A DNA stretch of 64,000 bases from Nemertoderma westbladi (taxonomy: Eukaryota; Animalia; Xenacoelomorpha): positions 1 through 64,000 of the forward strand of contig JAUCBJ010006798.1 of assembly GCA_032718475.1 (NCBI GenBank), given 5' to 3'. A program made the translations under genes and the position numbers. This document shows positions 11,270 to 25,407 of this stretch, one piece after another. The notes under the pieces were generated by a model. The model did not search any database, was not told the DNA's origin, and was given only the letters and a program-made list of their open reading frames with translations. Numbering within the stretch: position 1 is the first letter of the stretch; the number at the start of each line of letters is the position of its first letter.

Positions 11270-12439
11270 AACTTACCAAATGCAGGTAAGAGTATTCGGA
11301 GCCAGGGACAGCCCCAACTGCACCATGTACGCATTAAAGCAGACCGCATTAGACAGACGAGACCAATTTGACCCAGAAGTAGTTCGGACCGTGGAACGAG
11401 ATTTCTACGTGGATGACGGCCTCAAGAGTTGTGACACCTTGGAGCGCGCTACAACCGTAGCACACCAACTCCAGGATTGTCTCGCTAAGGGCGGATTTCA
11501 CCTGACGAAGTTCGCTTCCAACGAACCCGAACTGGTGAACTCATTTGACCCGACGGATCGCAGTGGAGGTGACCTAGACTTAGACCTAGAACCTCTGCCG
11601 ACGACCAAAGTATTAGGACTTAGTTGGGACCCTAACACCGACAATTTTAGGGTACGTGTAAGGTCCAACGACCAGACTAGGCCTCTCACTAAGAGGACTT
11701 TTCTCACTAAGAGAAAAGTTAGCTGAGCGATGGAGGGACTGGGAAGCCCAACTGACGTTCCTACAAGACTATACCATACCGAGGGTATACTTTCCTTTGC
11801 AAACCACCTTTCCTGCCGATTTAGAGCTTCACAGCTTTAGTGACGCTAGCAAGGATGGATTGGGGGTTACTTTATACCTTAGACGACAAGTGACATCGGA
11901 CAGCTACGAAGTGTCTCTCGTTACTTCAAGGGCTAGAACAATGCCATTGAAGTATATGACCGTACCTCGTGGGGAGCTGCAAGCCGGAACGATATCCACC
12001 GATATTGTCAGTCTAGTTCAACGCGAGCTGGAAGCTAACTTGAAGGTCACGTATTGGACGGATGCGACGTTGGTACTTTGGTACATAAACTACGAAGCGT
12101 TTGAGTTCAAGACTTTCGTAGCCAACAGACGGGCTGAAATACTAGACCGGTCGCTCAAACAAGATTGGCGTCACTGTCCAGGGAAGCTGAACCCAGCTGA
12201 CATCGCGTCACGGGGGATGCAACCGCTTGACTTTTGTAAATCAATAAATCCTTTTGGTTTAGAGGACCCGATTTCCTACAACGACCATCAGACGAATGGC
12301 CACCGTTATTCGACGCGACAACCAACACCATACCAGAGGGTGCCGAGATAAAAATCGACAAGGTTGTCAAGTCTAAAGCGAAAGCCAACGCCAAGGTCAA
12401 GAGGAAAAAGAGACGGACGAAATCTGATGACCTGGACGC

Positions 12440-12860
12440 CAGACCTGACATTATGCCAGACGTCTCACCAGACATTCGACCAGACGCTTGTACGAATCCG
12501 TCGCCGGATGTTCCGCAGGAGATTTCACCAGATGTTTCGCCAGATTGTTCACCAGATTACTCGCCAGACTATTCACCAGAAGAGACACCAGATTGTTCTC
12601 CGGATTGTTCGCCAGATTGTTTGATGGAACTCACGACAGAATGTCTACCGGACATCTCACCAGACTTTCCACCAGACATCTCGACAGACTGTCCACCAGA
12701 CTTTAGACCAGATTTTGAACCAGACTTTCTGACGGAAGTTACGCTAGACAGACTTTGGGACCGACGACAAGACATTTTGCTGGAAGTTCCACGCTATGTC
12801 TCACCAGACGTCTCACCAGACTGTTCACCAGACGCTTCACCAGACTGTCTACTAGACACT
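12440..12860 (+). repeat. 12-bp coding minisatellite (SPDx repeats) in the RNaseH-integrase linker of B
   Basis: Repeated TCACCAGAYNNN units encoding SPDV/SPDC/SPDY. Confidence 0.85.
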
Positions 12861-13821
12861 CCATTAGAAGACCCATTGGAGCGGACCTTTAGAGACTTAC
12901 CGAATTTGACTTCTTTGGACGACAAAGGTGTGGCCACAGCGATTACACTCCGCTCGAAGAAGGTACTTGACTTACCACCTACAGGTAAGCGTGTGACTAA
13001 GGTTAGGAAGCTTACAGGCTCACAGGAACACACTGACACTGTAGAGTTGAAACCGTTACTGCCAGTCGACACATTAGGTGCGGATGGTAAAGGTAAGACC
13101 GTAGAGATTGACGTACTTGGGGACTCAGACAAACCTACTGGAAGGCCCGTGGGCCTACCAAGTCCAGACAAGTATCCACACTACGACTACACCTTACCCG
13201 ATGACGTCACTAACACTTACGTTGACAGGATAGTGAACCTAACTAGATCATGGACTGACGCGTGCCGCAAGTTAGCATGGCTCAAACGATTGAGACAATA
13301 TGCCAGAGGCAAACGCGACTTTCCTAGAAGACTTACCTTAAAGGAAATTGGCCAATGTGAAGTTGATATCATTAGACATTATCAATTGCGATATTTCGCA
13401 CGAGAGTTCACAGCAAGGTAAAGGTAAACAGATTAAGTCTTCACCGATTTTGAGTTGGAGTCCGATTATTTACCGGGGCTTACTTTGTCACAAGTCCAGA
13501 CTCCAAAACATCGACTTTGCACTTGACTTTAGGTATCCTATCATCAAACCGCAACACCATGAATTACAGCGCGCTATGATACTGGACGCACATGTACAAC
13601 TCAAACACGTGGGTAGACACCACTGTCTATCACACTTACGCTCGAGGTTTGTACTGATTAGACCTAGTAAGGCACTGAGTTCGGTAACACGGAACTGTAT
13701 TATTTGTAAGAAGGTGCACGCGAGGATAGGACACCAAGAAATGAGTGAACTACCACTAGCAAGATTACAGGCGTTTAGACCCCCTTTCACTGAGACAGGG
13801 ATAGACTGTTTTGGACCCATA

Positions 13822-15003
13822 CCTAAAGAGTTGAGGTCTCTATAGGGGTGTGGGTAACAGGCGGCGGCGGACTCGTGAGGGTCTGGGGGCACGTTAAATC
13901 CAAATATAGTGCTAGGGAGTCACTGAAGGCCCTCGTGTCTAACGAACCATGAATTGCCATGGTGCCGTGGTTCCGTCTAGTCGGCATGTTGCCGTACTGC
14001 CAGTCCTGTACACAGTAGGGGTGGTGGCATGGCGTGATTTGTGGTTCATGTGGCGTGAACTATGTTTTGTATGTGAGCAACCAGTGGCAGTTGGCTTTGG
14101 GGCTTGGATGGTTCCATTGGCCATCAGCTGTTCCGTTTTTTTGATACTATATGTTATTGTCTCCATGTTCAGCTGATTGGTCTTTGGAGTGTGTTGAACT
14201 TCTGGGTCTCTGAGTCTCTGTTGCTGTAGGTACGTGAGTACACGTGATTGTATGTGTGGCCACTGCGAGTGAGTATGGGAACCCTTGCCAGTTGGACCAG
14301 ACGCCGCTGGTATTAGTAGGACCATATCTCTACTGCGCCCCAGCATACTTTGTGCACACAAAGATATTTTGCCCTGATGGCAAAATAAGGTACTCTCGAC
14401 TCTTTATGAGTTGATACAATTTTGTCCCCTCTGATTTGACCCCGATTTTGTCTTACCCGATTTTGTCTTCTGTGTGTACGTGGTATGTGTTCGATTTTGT
14501 GCTTACCGTTGTGTACTTGATTTCGTGAACATCTGTTGAGTACACGTGTACAGTGACTGGTAAGTGGTTACTTGTTCAGTAGCTTTTGAGCTACAGACAG
14601 TATTGTCTTTTCAATACTGCCGGCGAGGCAGGTGAAAACGAGTCAAAATTCCATGTTGGGTAGCGCAAGCCCACATGGGACAAGACCATCGGTTAGGCCC
14701 AAGGGCGACCTTGGTGCTCGATCGCTATCGACTGGTCCACCTGCCGGTTGACTCTTTGTTATACTTTTGAGTTGGCTCAATGTACAGTCAGGCCACAGTA
14801 AGTTGACAGTAGCCGCCCATCTGGCTACACGTTCGACGAGCTGTGCCGGTGTGATCGGGGGACCGAAAACAGAACCCGGGAAGCATCGGGCCACCCTCCG
14901 GCCCGGTCTGATAATAACATCAGTCGGACTGGCCCCAGGGGTGGTGGAAACACGTCCGCCTCGTGGGTGCGCCTCGGGGAGGAGCCCAGAAGGACGAAAG
15001 CGA
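13822..15003. mobile_element. Unidentified 1.18-kb insertion without TSD in the integrase of B
   Basis: Removing it restores IDCFGPI|IAKRGRVQVKRWG in frame; terminal hairpin CCTAAAGAG-TTGAGGT-CTCTATAGG; many internal hairpins. Confidence 0.75.
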
Positions 15004-15872
15004 ATCGCGAAACGCGGAAGGGTACAGGTAAAACGTTGGGGATTGATCTTCACTTGCATGGCCAGCAGAGCTGTCCATATAGAGCGAGTGACAGACTTGA
15101 CCACCAATGCCTTTATCCTAGCCTTACGGCGATTTATCGCTAGACGTGGATTGGTCAAATCCATATACTGCGACCAAGGGACAAACTTTGTGGGTGCACG
15201 GAACGAAATAACCAGAGCTTTGAGAAAGTTGGACCAAAACCAGATTTCCGAGGAACTACGTCCTCACCGTATTGTTTGGAATTTCAACACTCCAGACAGT
15301 CCGTGGAGAGGTGGCGTTTGGGAAAGGCTGATTGGCTAAATTAAGACAGCTATGGCTAAAGTCGTACCGACGCAACACATCTTGACAGACGACCAACTGA
15401 CGACGTTACTTATAGAAATCGAAGCAATCTTAAATACAAGACCGATCGCTTTGATCCCAGACAATAACGACGTACAGTTCGCCTTGACACCAGCGCACCT
15501 GCTTATGCAGGCGCCGAAGACATTGTTGCCCATTTCGGTACCCGTTGATAGTGACGGATACAGCAACAAGGCTTGGAAAATCACTCAATTGCTTGCAAAT
15601 AAATTCTGGGAAATATGGCAGAAATATTATTTGCCCTCTATTTCGACCAGAACCTCTTGGTATCTAAATACCCGATGTTTAAGACGTGGTGACCATGTTT
15701 TATTGGCTGAAGAAAATCTGAAAAGACGGTTTTGGCTGACTGGAGTCATTTTGACCACGCACCCTACATCTGGTGTAGTGAGGACAGTTACTGTAAGGAC
15801 TATCGACGGACGTACCGTAGATAGGCCTGTACAACGTCTCGTGCTCCTTGAGGAGACTAGAAACGAGACAGG

Positions 15873-17088
15873 TGTTCGCGCTTTCAGACCTTTGGCAGTT
15901 TAACCCGCCAAATTAAGATGTCTTCTAGATATTAAATCGCTTTTTAGCCTATGACAAGTATTTGATTCACTACACTAGTCGAAACCAATCCGTGCGCGAC
16001 CATTCACCCGCTGGATATTCCCGGGAGATTGGGTTCGACGGTTTAATTTTGTTGCTATGTAAGCCTAATGTATTATTCGACTGACAGTATTATATAATCT
16101 CTGACAATATTATTTACCTTCGGGAATATTAACAGTTCCTTTAGGACGTGGCGCTTTATCTACATAAACAGAGTTATGACTTAAACTACTCACAACGATA
16201 TGGCTTAATTATAATTCACATATATGGCGCATTCTTTAGGAATGCTTCTTTAACAGACTCACTCATACACAATGCTGCACAATACTGCACACTAATCTGC
16301 CGATCTTCACTGATTTTAGTCACATATAAAAGAAACACAGACTGACTCATGTAGGGTCTATCAAATAACATTAGATTCACTTCAAACCACCTTAACATAA
16401 GTCACAATCGTTTATCTGTAACCCTTCTCTCTTACCTTCGGTATATCAAGAATATTGGGTTTCGGGGTTATTTATCGTTATTCCAAATATAATAATTCAT
16501 CAACCATGTTATGAAGAACTGACAGTAAATAGCAGTATAACAATATAAAAGTATGCACAGTATTACACAGTATGCAGTGTATGCAGTACTGCAGTATGCA
16601 GTGATTACGAAATTGCAGAGTGTTTGTTTCGTCAGTTAAAGGATATATGTCCTTGTAATTAAACCTACTAGTGTTGAGCTAAAAAGCAGAAAGCACAAAA
16701 CACTAAAAAGCCGTTCTTTCGTGGCTTTGAAAAACTCGTGACTACTGCTCTATACGAGGATACCAACTCCCTTATTCCACGAAGCTCCCGTTCAACACAG
16801 AGAAAGAGCAGTGAGATAGGAAATTTTCAGTTCAGTACTCTGTGATTGGTCAAAATCAAGGCTAACTCAAAATTCTATTGGGAGATACAAAAACAAGGCT
16901 ATGACGCAACCTCCCTAGGCTTGTTGGCCGATTAAACAGAGCCCAGATGCCTGCGTACAGCAAATCAGCCAATAAGCTGGTAACTTGCACTATTTTTAGC
17001 TGTAGATCACTTTGAGAGTATTCTTAGCGACTGGGGGGGAACTGGCCAACAAGGCAAACGAATCAGTTATCCCACAAAAGCTTTTACA
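15873..17088 (-). repeat. 3' LTR of element C
   Basis: TG...CA ends; offset 9535 to the other copy. Confidence 0.95.
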
Positions 17089-20038
17089 CCGCTCCCAGAA
17101 AATGGGATTTAAGTCTATAAAATATACAAAATCACAGTTTCTAAAATATAAAAATACTCTAAACAGTTAGTCTATCTTGCGCGGACGGCGTTTACGCAGT
17201 TTCTTAAGGCTAGCAAGAGTCCTTTTCTCTTTGGGGGAAGCCACTTTACTAGGAGGGCCATAACTCCTGGGTGAAGGGTGCAATATGATTGCATTAAAAG
17301 GTTTGGGTTTACGGTCGGTGTCTCGTCCATTTCGATATGCTTCTCCTCGAGCTGATTTTCCTCCGCTTGTCATGGGATACGTTCGTCCAAAACTCTCGCA
17401 GAGAATAGGGTTTTCTAAGCTTGATATCTTCTTTGAGATTCGAGGTTTCCCAATCGAACTGAGATAAGGCCAATTCGTTTATCGATTGGACTTAATGTTA
17501 TAACTTACGTTTATCTGAACAAACGCAGGTTTCTTTGTTGATCTTTATAGAATAGCGTTTAACTCGTGTCGTACAACGCTCTCCTTCACTTTGATGAAGG
17601 GTTGTATCGCGTTAAACGGGACGACCATACGGTTGGATAATGATATTAGGTGTCTGCGTCATAATCCAGCTAGGTAAGATGGGCGGCTAGCTAGAAATCA
17701 CTGTCGGAGTGTTACCGATTAATTGTTAGGGTAGCACTAGATCTTGAACAGTGAATACCGTCCGCGAGGATCCGCGACACCACCAGGATCGCAGGTCTGA
17801 GGTCCAACTAAGGAATGAGGAGGTTTGACCGAGTATTCCGGGACTCTGATCGTAGGTTTACTCTAGGATCGTTAGAGCCGAGTGAGCATAGGTGATACGT
17901 CAAACAAGTTTCGCTCGAAACTCCAGTAAATATAACGAACACAACTGTGTTTAACACGACGTTTCCGTGGATGTTTATGTCTTTCCGTTTATTGGCTGGG
18001 TCTAGGACATTTATCGTAATAATACCAAAGACGCACGTCTGGTAGGGGAAACACGGGTGATATTTATTTGTTGTTACAACGCTTCTATCAAGAATTCCAA
18101 ATATACGTTGGAGTTACCGCGTCCATTTGTTTCTTTAGTGTCTTTTCTTTCGAGTCGATTTCGAATAGAATTTTCGCATTCGAATTTCAGTTTATGGTTC
18201 CGACTCCGCTGGGCAGGATATATAGTCGACATAGTCCGTATTGTGTAAATCGATAGGATGACCAGTAGTTAAGAAGACCACATACGTACCATTACGCTGC
18301 GTATAAGCTATCAACAAACGCTTGCAAAAGTAGAGTATATCGCTCCCCGATACCAAGAACATCTGCTATCAACTCCATCATGTCTGCTATATATGAGTTT
18401 ATCCACATTATAAGGAGTTTATATTCAGGCTAGCGAGCGTCGCTGCCTACTCCAATTAACCCCCGGACAGTACGAGATCCTCAGCGCCGATGTGTCGTCG
18501 CCGCTGTACTTTCGCCAACGACGTAGCCGCACAACGACAACGACAACCGGCACAAGTCACTCGACTGTCCGTCCCAAAGGCTTAGATGTACTTCAGGTTT
18601 TCCTTGGAGAGTTAGGTTACTTTTACGATTGCGACTAGCTACTGTAAACACACCTTAGTAGTAACATTCGCCTATAAACTCACAAGTACCACACACACAA
18701 CTTGTCACAAATTACACACACTCGGGTCACTTGTCCGTTAGTCAATGCCTTCCAGAATGTCACTATATTATTATGTATCCTTGGATACTATCAGTGCACT
18801 ATTTATTCCCTATGCTATTCAATGGGACAAGCTTTCTATTGTTCTTTTAACTCAATTCTAATTCTAGCGTGGTTGTTGCTATGGTGACATTATGCAAAGC
18901 TAGCGGTAGAATTAGAGCAATTCCAATGCATACAGATCTGGGATGTTATTTAATAGTATTCTTTAATAGTCAATGTTCTGTTTTATACATGACTTTATGA
19001 ATTTTATCGGCTATTGACTATGTTTGGGAGACTTTCGCACACTCATACACATAATAAGATAAATCTCCGCTCCCTTGATCTATTAATTAATGGAATTTTG
19101 GGAATGTTATAAATTGCGTAAAAATGGCAATTTATTAAATTCATTAAAAGGCATGAATTTAAATTTATTCCCTGAAATTTTATTATTTGATAATTAAATT
19201 GACATATTTTGATTCTAGAATATGTCTGGGGACACAAGATCCTTAATTCTATGACAATTGTCTTTTTAAGAATATCGGTAAATGCTACGATATCTTAATT
19301 GACTAGAATTGCTGAAGGATCTGAATTTTACAGATTTTGATTTATTAGATTTGCAAATATTAAATAATTAATATTTGAGATGGGCACCGATTTATTCCAG
19401 AACTTGTCTGGGGACGTTAACCACTGATTCTAGAATTTGTCTTTCAAGTATATCGGTGGGTGCCGCGATATCTTAATCGACTAGAATTACAGATGGTCAA
19501 AGGGTTTAACAGATTTATTTTGCGTTATACGCTACTGTTAAAGGGACATCACGCTACTATATGTATTATTTAATATACGGTATGAGAGCAATATCGCACG
19601 AAGCAATGTCAGTGTGAAGAGGCAAGTCGTTTCCAAGGTCTACCCAGAGCTTGGTTTAGCCGAGACACGAGGATCTGAACTTTGCATTCCTAATACTCTG
19701 CCTACCAATAATACTTGAATATAGTAGTGGCTTTATTGTACTTTAATAAGTACGGACATTTCATCTTACTGTAGTTACGTATTTGTAATGTAATACGGAC
19801 AGTAAGGAAGAAGGAAAAGAATTATTTCTTGCCGTCGCATTAAATATAATATATACGTAATTAAGTAATAAACGCGAATATATATTGCACTAATCTACTA
19901 AATAATCGCTAAAATAACATTCTACTGAATAAAATTAAAGAAAACGATTATAATAAAATTACATAGTAATACATACATAAATATAAAAATAATAAAATAA
20001 TATAAAATAATAGAGTCACACACCCACTCCATATGTTG

Positions 20039-23000
20039 TTACGTTATGGAGTCCCTAGATGTTTGAAGGATTAGGGAGGTGGTCGTGGGAAGAGAATCTT
20101 GCCTTCCACAGTTTCCGGAGAGTCCTCCATTCCCTTCCGATAAACACAAACGACCGACTGGGTGATTGAGTCGCTGCATCCTGAATACAATTCCAGGTTT
20201 CCTCTTCGTCCTGGAATAGTGACGATAGAAACATCGCTCAAAGTATATGACGGCGTCACAAAGCCGATTCCAGGAGCTATAGTGGTCCGTCGCTCTCTGC
20301 AGGAGAGGTGAGAGTCCCTGCGAGACGTCTGATGTTCCAGAGCTCCAATCGCTCTCTCTGATCTTCATGAAGGATCCACTCGCGGAGGGGAGGCCCAGAT
20401 CCACGGCGTCGTCCCTGGCAACATGTAATACCGACAGATCTATCCCGGGTTCAAATAACTCCGATCCACCCGTCCGGGTTTCAGGTTCGACTTTCTCCGC
20501 TCCCTTGGCTGGTCTAATCTCAGTCGGAGTAAGATGGGGAGGCCATTCATTCTCCTTACTCAGGAAGTCGGGTTCACCTAACCGGTCTATAGTATCTGTC
20601 AGTTCTTGAGGAGTTGCTCCTCTGGAAGCGATGTCCGTTGGATTAAACTTCTTGGGGCAATATCTCCATTGATCTACATTGGAGCTAAGATTGTCATTAT
20701 CTGAGGAGTGTGGTGTTCCCTCAGTTGGGTCGTCTCCCTCACTAGTATCATCTTCCCATTCACTCACCTGGCAGACGCGATCTTGAAGCAGTCTTTCCCT
20801 GAGCGTTCTACCGGAAGGTCCAGTAAGGTACCAACCTACTCTAGTTCTTACCGCATAGGTCTGTAGTGGCTGCGGTTGAGCAGGCCGTTTCTCTAATGTC
20901 TCCAGCGCCTCATGCGCGTTTTGGCCGATGAGTATTTGCACTCCAGGATAATCAGTCTGGAATCGAGGTATGTTAAGATGTTGGATGCTCTCATCCTCGT
21001 CCCAATTATAAAGGTCTGCTTGAGTAGTAGCGAAGTTCTTTATAGCCACCATTTTCACTGACCTTATACTGTATTCTCCTAGTTTATCCTGTGGAGTGGA
21101 CAACTCACCTATATAATAGTCGGCAGCTACAGTAGAATTCCAAACCTGCATGATCCCTGACATGTTTAGCTTGGTTCGGAACTTGGGTTGTCCAGCAAAG
21201 ATGACTTCGGCTAGTTCCCTATCGATGAATGTTCCTGTGCTACCGGAGTCCAGGAGGGCGTTCACTATATAGCTCTTCTGAGGTCCGTGGACCCGTAACT
21301 GGACTACAGGAAATTCTCGGATTCCTATATTGGAAGTTGGCGCTTTCCAAGATGGTTGTTGATCGGAAGTAGTTAAGGTAAGGTCGCTGTCTGTGTCTTT
21401 CTCATACACGAGTGCTCGATACACTGCGGTGGTGTTTATTAGGTAACAGGATTCGTTTTGGTCGGAGAACTCGTCCGTATAGAATCCTTCCATCTCAGAT
21501 TGATCAGTGTCGTTCACATCACTGAATTGGACATGTAGTTCGGACTCACTTACCTGACTCGGGCTGTTTTGTTCGAATTCCGTGTGCAACAAGATATGAT
21601 GTTTTGCGCCGCACTTTGCACACCTTGCGTCGGAGTTACAGGTTCGCCGTTGGTGTCCTCGTCTGAGGCAATTATAACACAACCGCTTATCCCACATGAC
21701 TTCACGTCTATCCTCGAGTGATTTCCTCAGGAATTTATCACACGCATTTAAACGGTGGGGCCCGTCGCACAGCACACATTTCGGCTTGATGTTACTTACT
21801 TTAACCTGTGCTATGTGGTGCACACTTGTTCTTTCCTCGGGCTTTCTCACCTGAATTCCTTTAGGAGACGTAGGAGGGGTTTTTTGTACCGGTTCCCTTC
21901 TGTCATTGGGTCGAGACTTGGATTTACTTACCTGTTCTTTAGGCATTTTATTGACATAATAAGGCCTGTCAGTGTCTTTCCCGCTGTCCTCTCCTTGAGA
22001 GGTTTGGCTTTCACCGTCGTCGGTATAACATACTGGTGTTACCCTTCTCCTAGAAACGGGTTTCTCACTTACCTTGTTTTCCAATGTCTTCTCTCTGGAC
22101 TGCCTTAGGAGCTGTAATTTCACTTCTCTATCTAAGAATGACATGAGATCAGTCATGGTAGGGTCTCGTCGTTGTTGTTCCATCATATATAACACCTTCT
22201 TATCCCAGCGTGTACCTACTCCACCCTTGGGCAAAGCAGATGCTAAGGCTCTTACAACCATAGAATTCTGGTATTCATGAGACTTACCTAGCCAATCTAA
22301 TTGTCTACAGATCTCCTGAATCTCATCGGAAAACTCTATAATCCCGCTGCTAAGAAACTTTCGGGGCGCCATTAATTTTGCATACAAATACCCAGCTATG
22401 TCATTCCTATTACCATACCTGATGTTTAGTGTATCCCAAACTTGTCTTAATCCATCTGGATGTCCAATAAATTTTAACGCCATTGACTTGGGAGGTCCTT
22501 CCAAACATTCGATGAGGAATCTAAGTTTCTCTCCGTTAGATAGTACAGAGGTGAATTATATTTTAATTTGTTTTGTGAACTACTGTTTATTTAAATATTG
22601 TCTGTAAATTGTGTGCGGTCATTCTGGAACAAAATATAAGAGCCCTTACAGGCTCACATCAATCAATCAAAACAGAGTTCTGTATGTTATCTTTGTAATA
22701 TTCATTAAAAGGTAACCATTTCATCTCATCTCCATTGAACTTGACAATCTCTCCAACCTTTACCGCTTGCCGGGCTTCGGTTCTAGCCATTTGACGCGTA
22801 AAACTTTCTTGGGCCATCGTGCTATTTAATATCGAGTTATCGGTATATAAATTTCTCGGATTATGATCAGTTCTATAGGGAATATCATTATCAACAGGTC
22901 TATAATTACCCTTAATAGGGTTCACTATAGGAGTTTCTACTTCGCTAGCAGTATAAATGCGTGTAGGCTCCACACCTTGCGCATGAGATACTTCAGACCT

Positions 23001-23219
23001 AACAGGTTGACACATTGTTACAGAGGGTGGTGGTATACCCTTTTGGGTATTTACTAATTTATCGCGTTCAAGCGCGATACTTTGCTGCACTTCTTGCAAC
23101 TCTAGCCTACTTTCCCTTACTGTGCCCTTGAATTGCTGGACAGTCTCCTGCATCTGCCCGAGCAGGATATCCATTGTATCTAGTAGACTGTCTGACAGGT
23201 TCTGCTTAGTATCAGACAT
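20039..23219 (-). pseudogene. Gag-protease ORF of C fused to remnants of RNase H and the integrase C-terminus; split by a 121-bp insertion
   Basis: KFNGD..W..F, WDTLNIRYG, CVLCDGPH..C, CYNC..GH..C, ALLDSGST; jumps to WRYCPKKFNPTDIASRG, then to HPVGRLCL. Confidence 0.88.
22551..22671 (+). mobile_element. 5'-truncated non-LTR retroelement 3' end inserted in the gag of C
   Basis: TSD ACAGAG (22545-22550, 22672-22677); GAGCC-CTTACA-GGCTC stem-loop followed by a (TCAA)n tail; removal restores the gag frame. Confidence 0.75.
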
Positions 23220-24551
23220 GACTAGGTATGTACAGTTGAATGCCTACTGCTATATTACAGTCTAAGCAAGTCTAGTAACTCAGTATGAACTGCTAGCCTA
23301 GTAATTAATTACCGTTACTGCTACTCAATGTAGCGAGATATATATATAATATATTAGAATACCGGTATACTTATAGTATATATAACTATATAAGTATTAT
23401 TACAGACTAGGTTTATCTCCGAATACCGGTATAATTTTAGCATAAAATATATATAAATATATAATAGGCCTATCGGAATACCGGTATACAGCTTACAGTT
23501 TATAGTATATATAATTCTGAAATAGAATTAATTACAAGTACCGGTATAATTTCAGCCTAGATTTATAGAAATAAAGATAATAGGCCTATCGTAAATACCG
23601 GTATATCAATTGTTTCAAATAATTGAATTTCTGTTACTTTAGGGTTACTTGGTTACTCTAACTTACTTTATTACCGTTATTTAAGCAGTAATCCAACTGA
23701 TATTAAGACCTAATGGTTGTATGGTAGGCCTACTATTTATAAATCTTTAGATTTGATTTATAATATATATATACCCGTTTTAATGGGTTTTGTCAATGTT
23801 TGAAATAAATGTTATTATTTCTGGGGAGTAATCACTACACAAAGCGGTGCGCTTTCAGTGAAGTGTTACTTATGAGACACTAAAACAAATAATACTAATT
23901 TACCTAAGTTACTTAATACTACAAATTACGTACAATTCGGGTTGAGATTACAATCTCTAAATAAACACAAAAATTTACAAAAAACACAAAATACGAATTT
24001 TTAGGGTAATTTTACAAGAAGTCTACAAACCAGCCTAACAAAGGGTTAGAATACCGGTTATTACAACGGACAGGGTACTACGGTATTTGAAATAATAAGT
24101 AGTAGTAAATACACTGCGTTGTCTAGATAGGAAAATACCACCGCCTGACGACCTATAGCCGTATCGCTATAGGTACTACGTTATGTATCACGGAGTGTTC
24201 CTACCTAGAAGTTAATAGAGCTAATCGAATGTGCCTATCAACCACTTTACAACACAAATATAATGCCTACACTTACTTTCGGAAAGCACTGTACACTAAA
24301 CCCTAAATTAGGTACGAGTACTTGTACAACAGATAATCAGTAGTTAAATATACTTGAACAGCTAAAAGAACCACGGCATCTGCTGGAGTGACCGATGCAC
24401 AAAATCACCAGTCTTTACCTACGCCGAGCAGCCCGTGTAGTACCGGGGTTAATTTAACTATAGCGGTATGTATAACAAACACAATTACTGTAGGAACAAA
24501 CTTGGGGAATGAATGTTGCGGATAATCGCATAAACTCTGAATAATAAATAT

Positions 24552-25110
24552 TACGCTACGCGTACAAACTACTCAAACAAAATACAGACAGAACACTGAC
24601 AGACTACTATCAAGCCTAAACAAACTACGGTATATGCAGACTCCGAAATGATTAGGGAGTATGCGCTCTAACCCAGTAGTGCGACTTATTCTTTAGTTGG
24701 GGGATTACCTTACAGCGTTCGCTGCCCCTACTGCCTAATCGTACTTAATCGGACAGATGATCTACACACGCGGCAATCCGTTCAGACCTAATAACAGCCA
24801 GACAACTATCCAGCCTACAAATTATCTAAATAAAATTATACGCTACCCGTACAGACTTACACAAACAAAGTACAGACTAAACGATGGCAGACCACTCTCA
24901 AGCCTAAATAAACCACAGGACATGCAGACTCCGAAATGATTAGGGAGTATACGCTCTAACCCAGTAGTGCGACTTATTCTTTAGTTGGGGGATTACCTTA
25001 CAGCGTTCGCTGCCCCTACTGCCTAATCGTACTTAATCGGACAGGTGATCTACACACACTGCAATTCGTTCGGACTTAACAGCAATCAGACAACAGCTCA
25101 GCCTACAAAT
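24552..25110. repeat. Tandem duplication (~288-bp unit x2) in the 5' leader of C
   Basis: TCCGAAATGATTAGGGAG...GATCTACACAC occurs at ~24642 and ~24930. Confidence 0.85.
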
Positions 25111-25395
25111 CGTCTGTACTATCTGATCAGGCTTACACGCCTTCTGTTCAATACTGGCCTACAAATAAATAAAACTTGACAGAAATAAGTAAACCATATA
25201 AAGGTATAAGGGGTGATCAATCCCTAATCCCCTAAACAGCCTACCGGTATACAACAATCAAATCGAATAATACTAGTGTACTTATACGGCAGTACCGGTT
25301 AGAACAGTTAGGCCTACTGACCTACAGAGTGTACCGGTTCAGGTTTACCGGTTGACCGGTACTTTCAACTTTATTGCTTACTGCAACAAAGAAGC

Positions 25396-25407
25396 TATAT
25401 CCTTTAA
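25396..25407 (-). promoter_or_regulatory. Non-tRNA primer-binding site of C, complementary to an LTR-internal segment
   Basis: Minus-strand TTAAAGGATATA directly follows the LTR end; the LTR sense strand carries TATATCCTTTAA (16636-16647; one G.U variant at 26171-26182). Confidence 0.72.

Larger units (their letters stand above)
11270..15872 (+). pseudogene. Disrupted pol of B (RT YVDD, RNase H, integrase); last codons at 26629-26662
   Basis: FGARDSP, FYVDD, FSDAS, PRGEL, YWTDA, NPADIASRG, HVQLKH..C..C, IDCFGP, CDQGTNF, GGVWER; frameshifts, a stop and an apparent internal deletion. Confidence 0.9.

Noticed and set aside
14900-15010. Hammerhead or HDV-like ribozyme at the insert end (GGACGAAA)
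   Set aside because: No correctly placed CTGANGA core or HDV P3/L3 motif could be built by eye.
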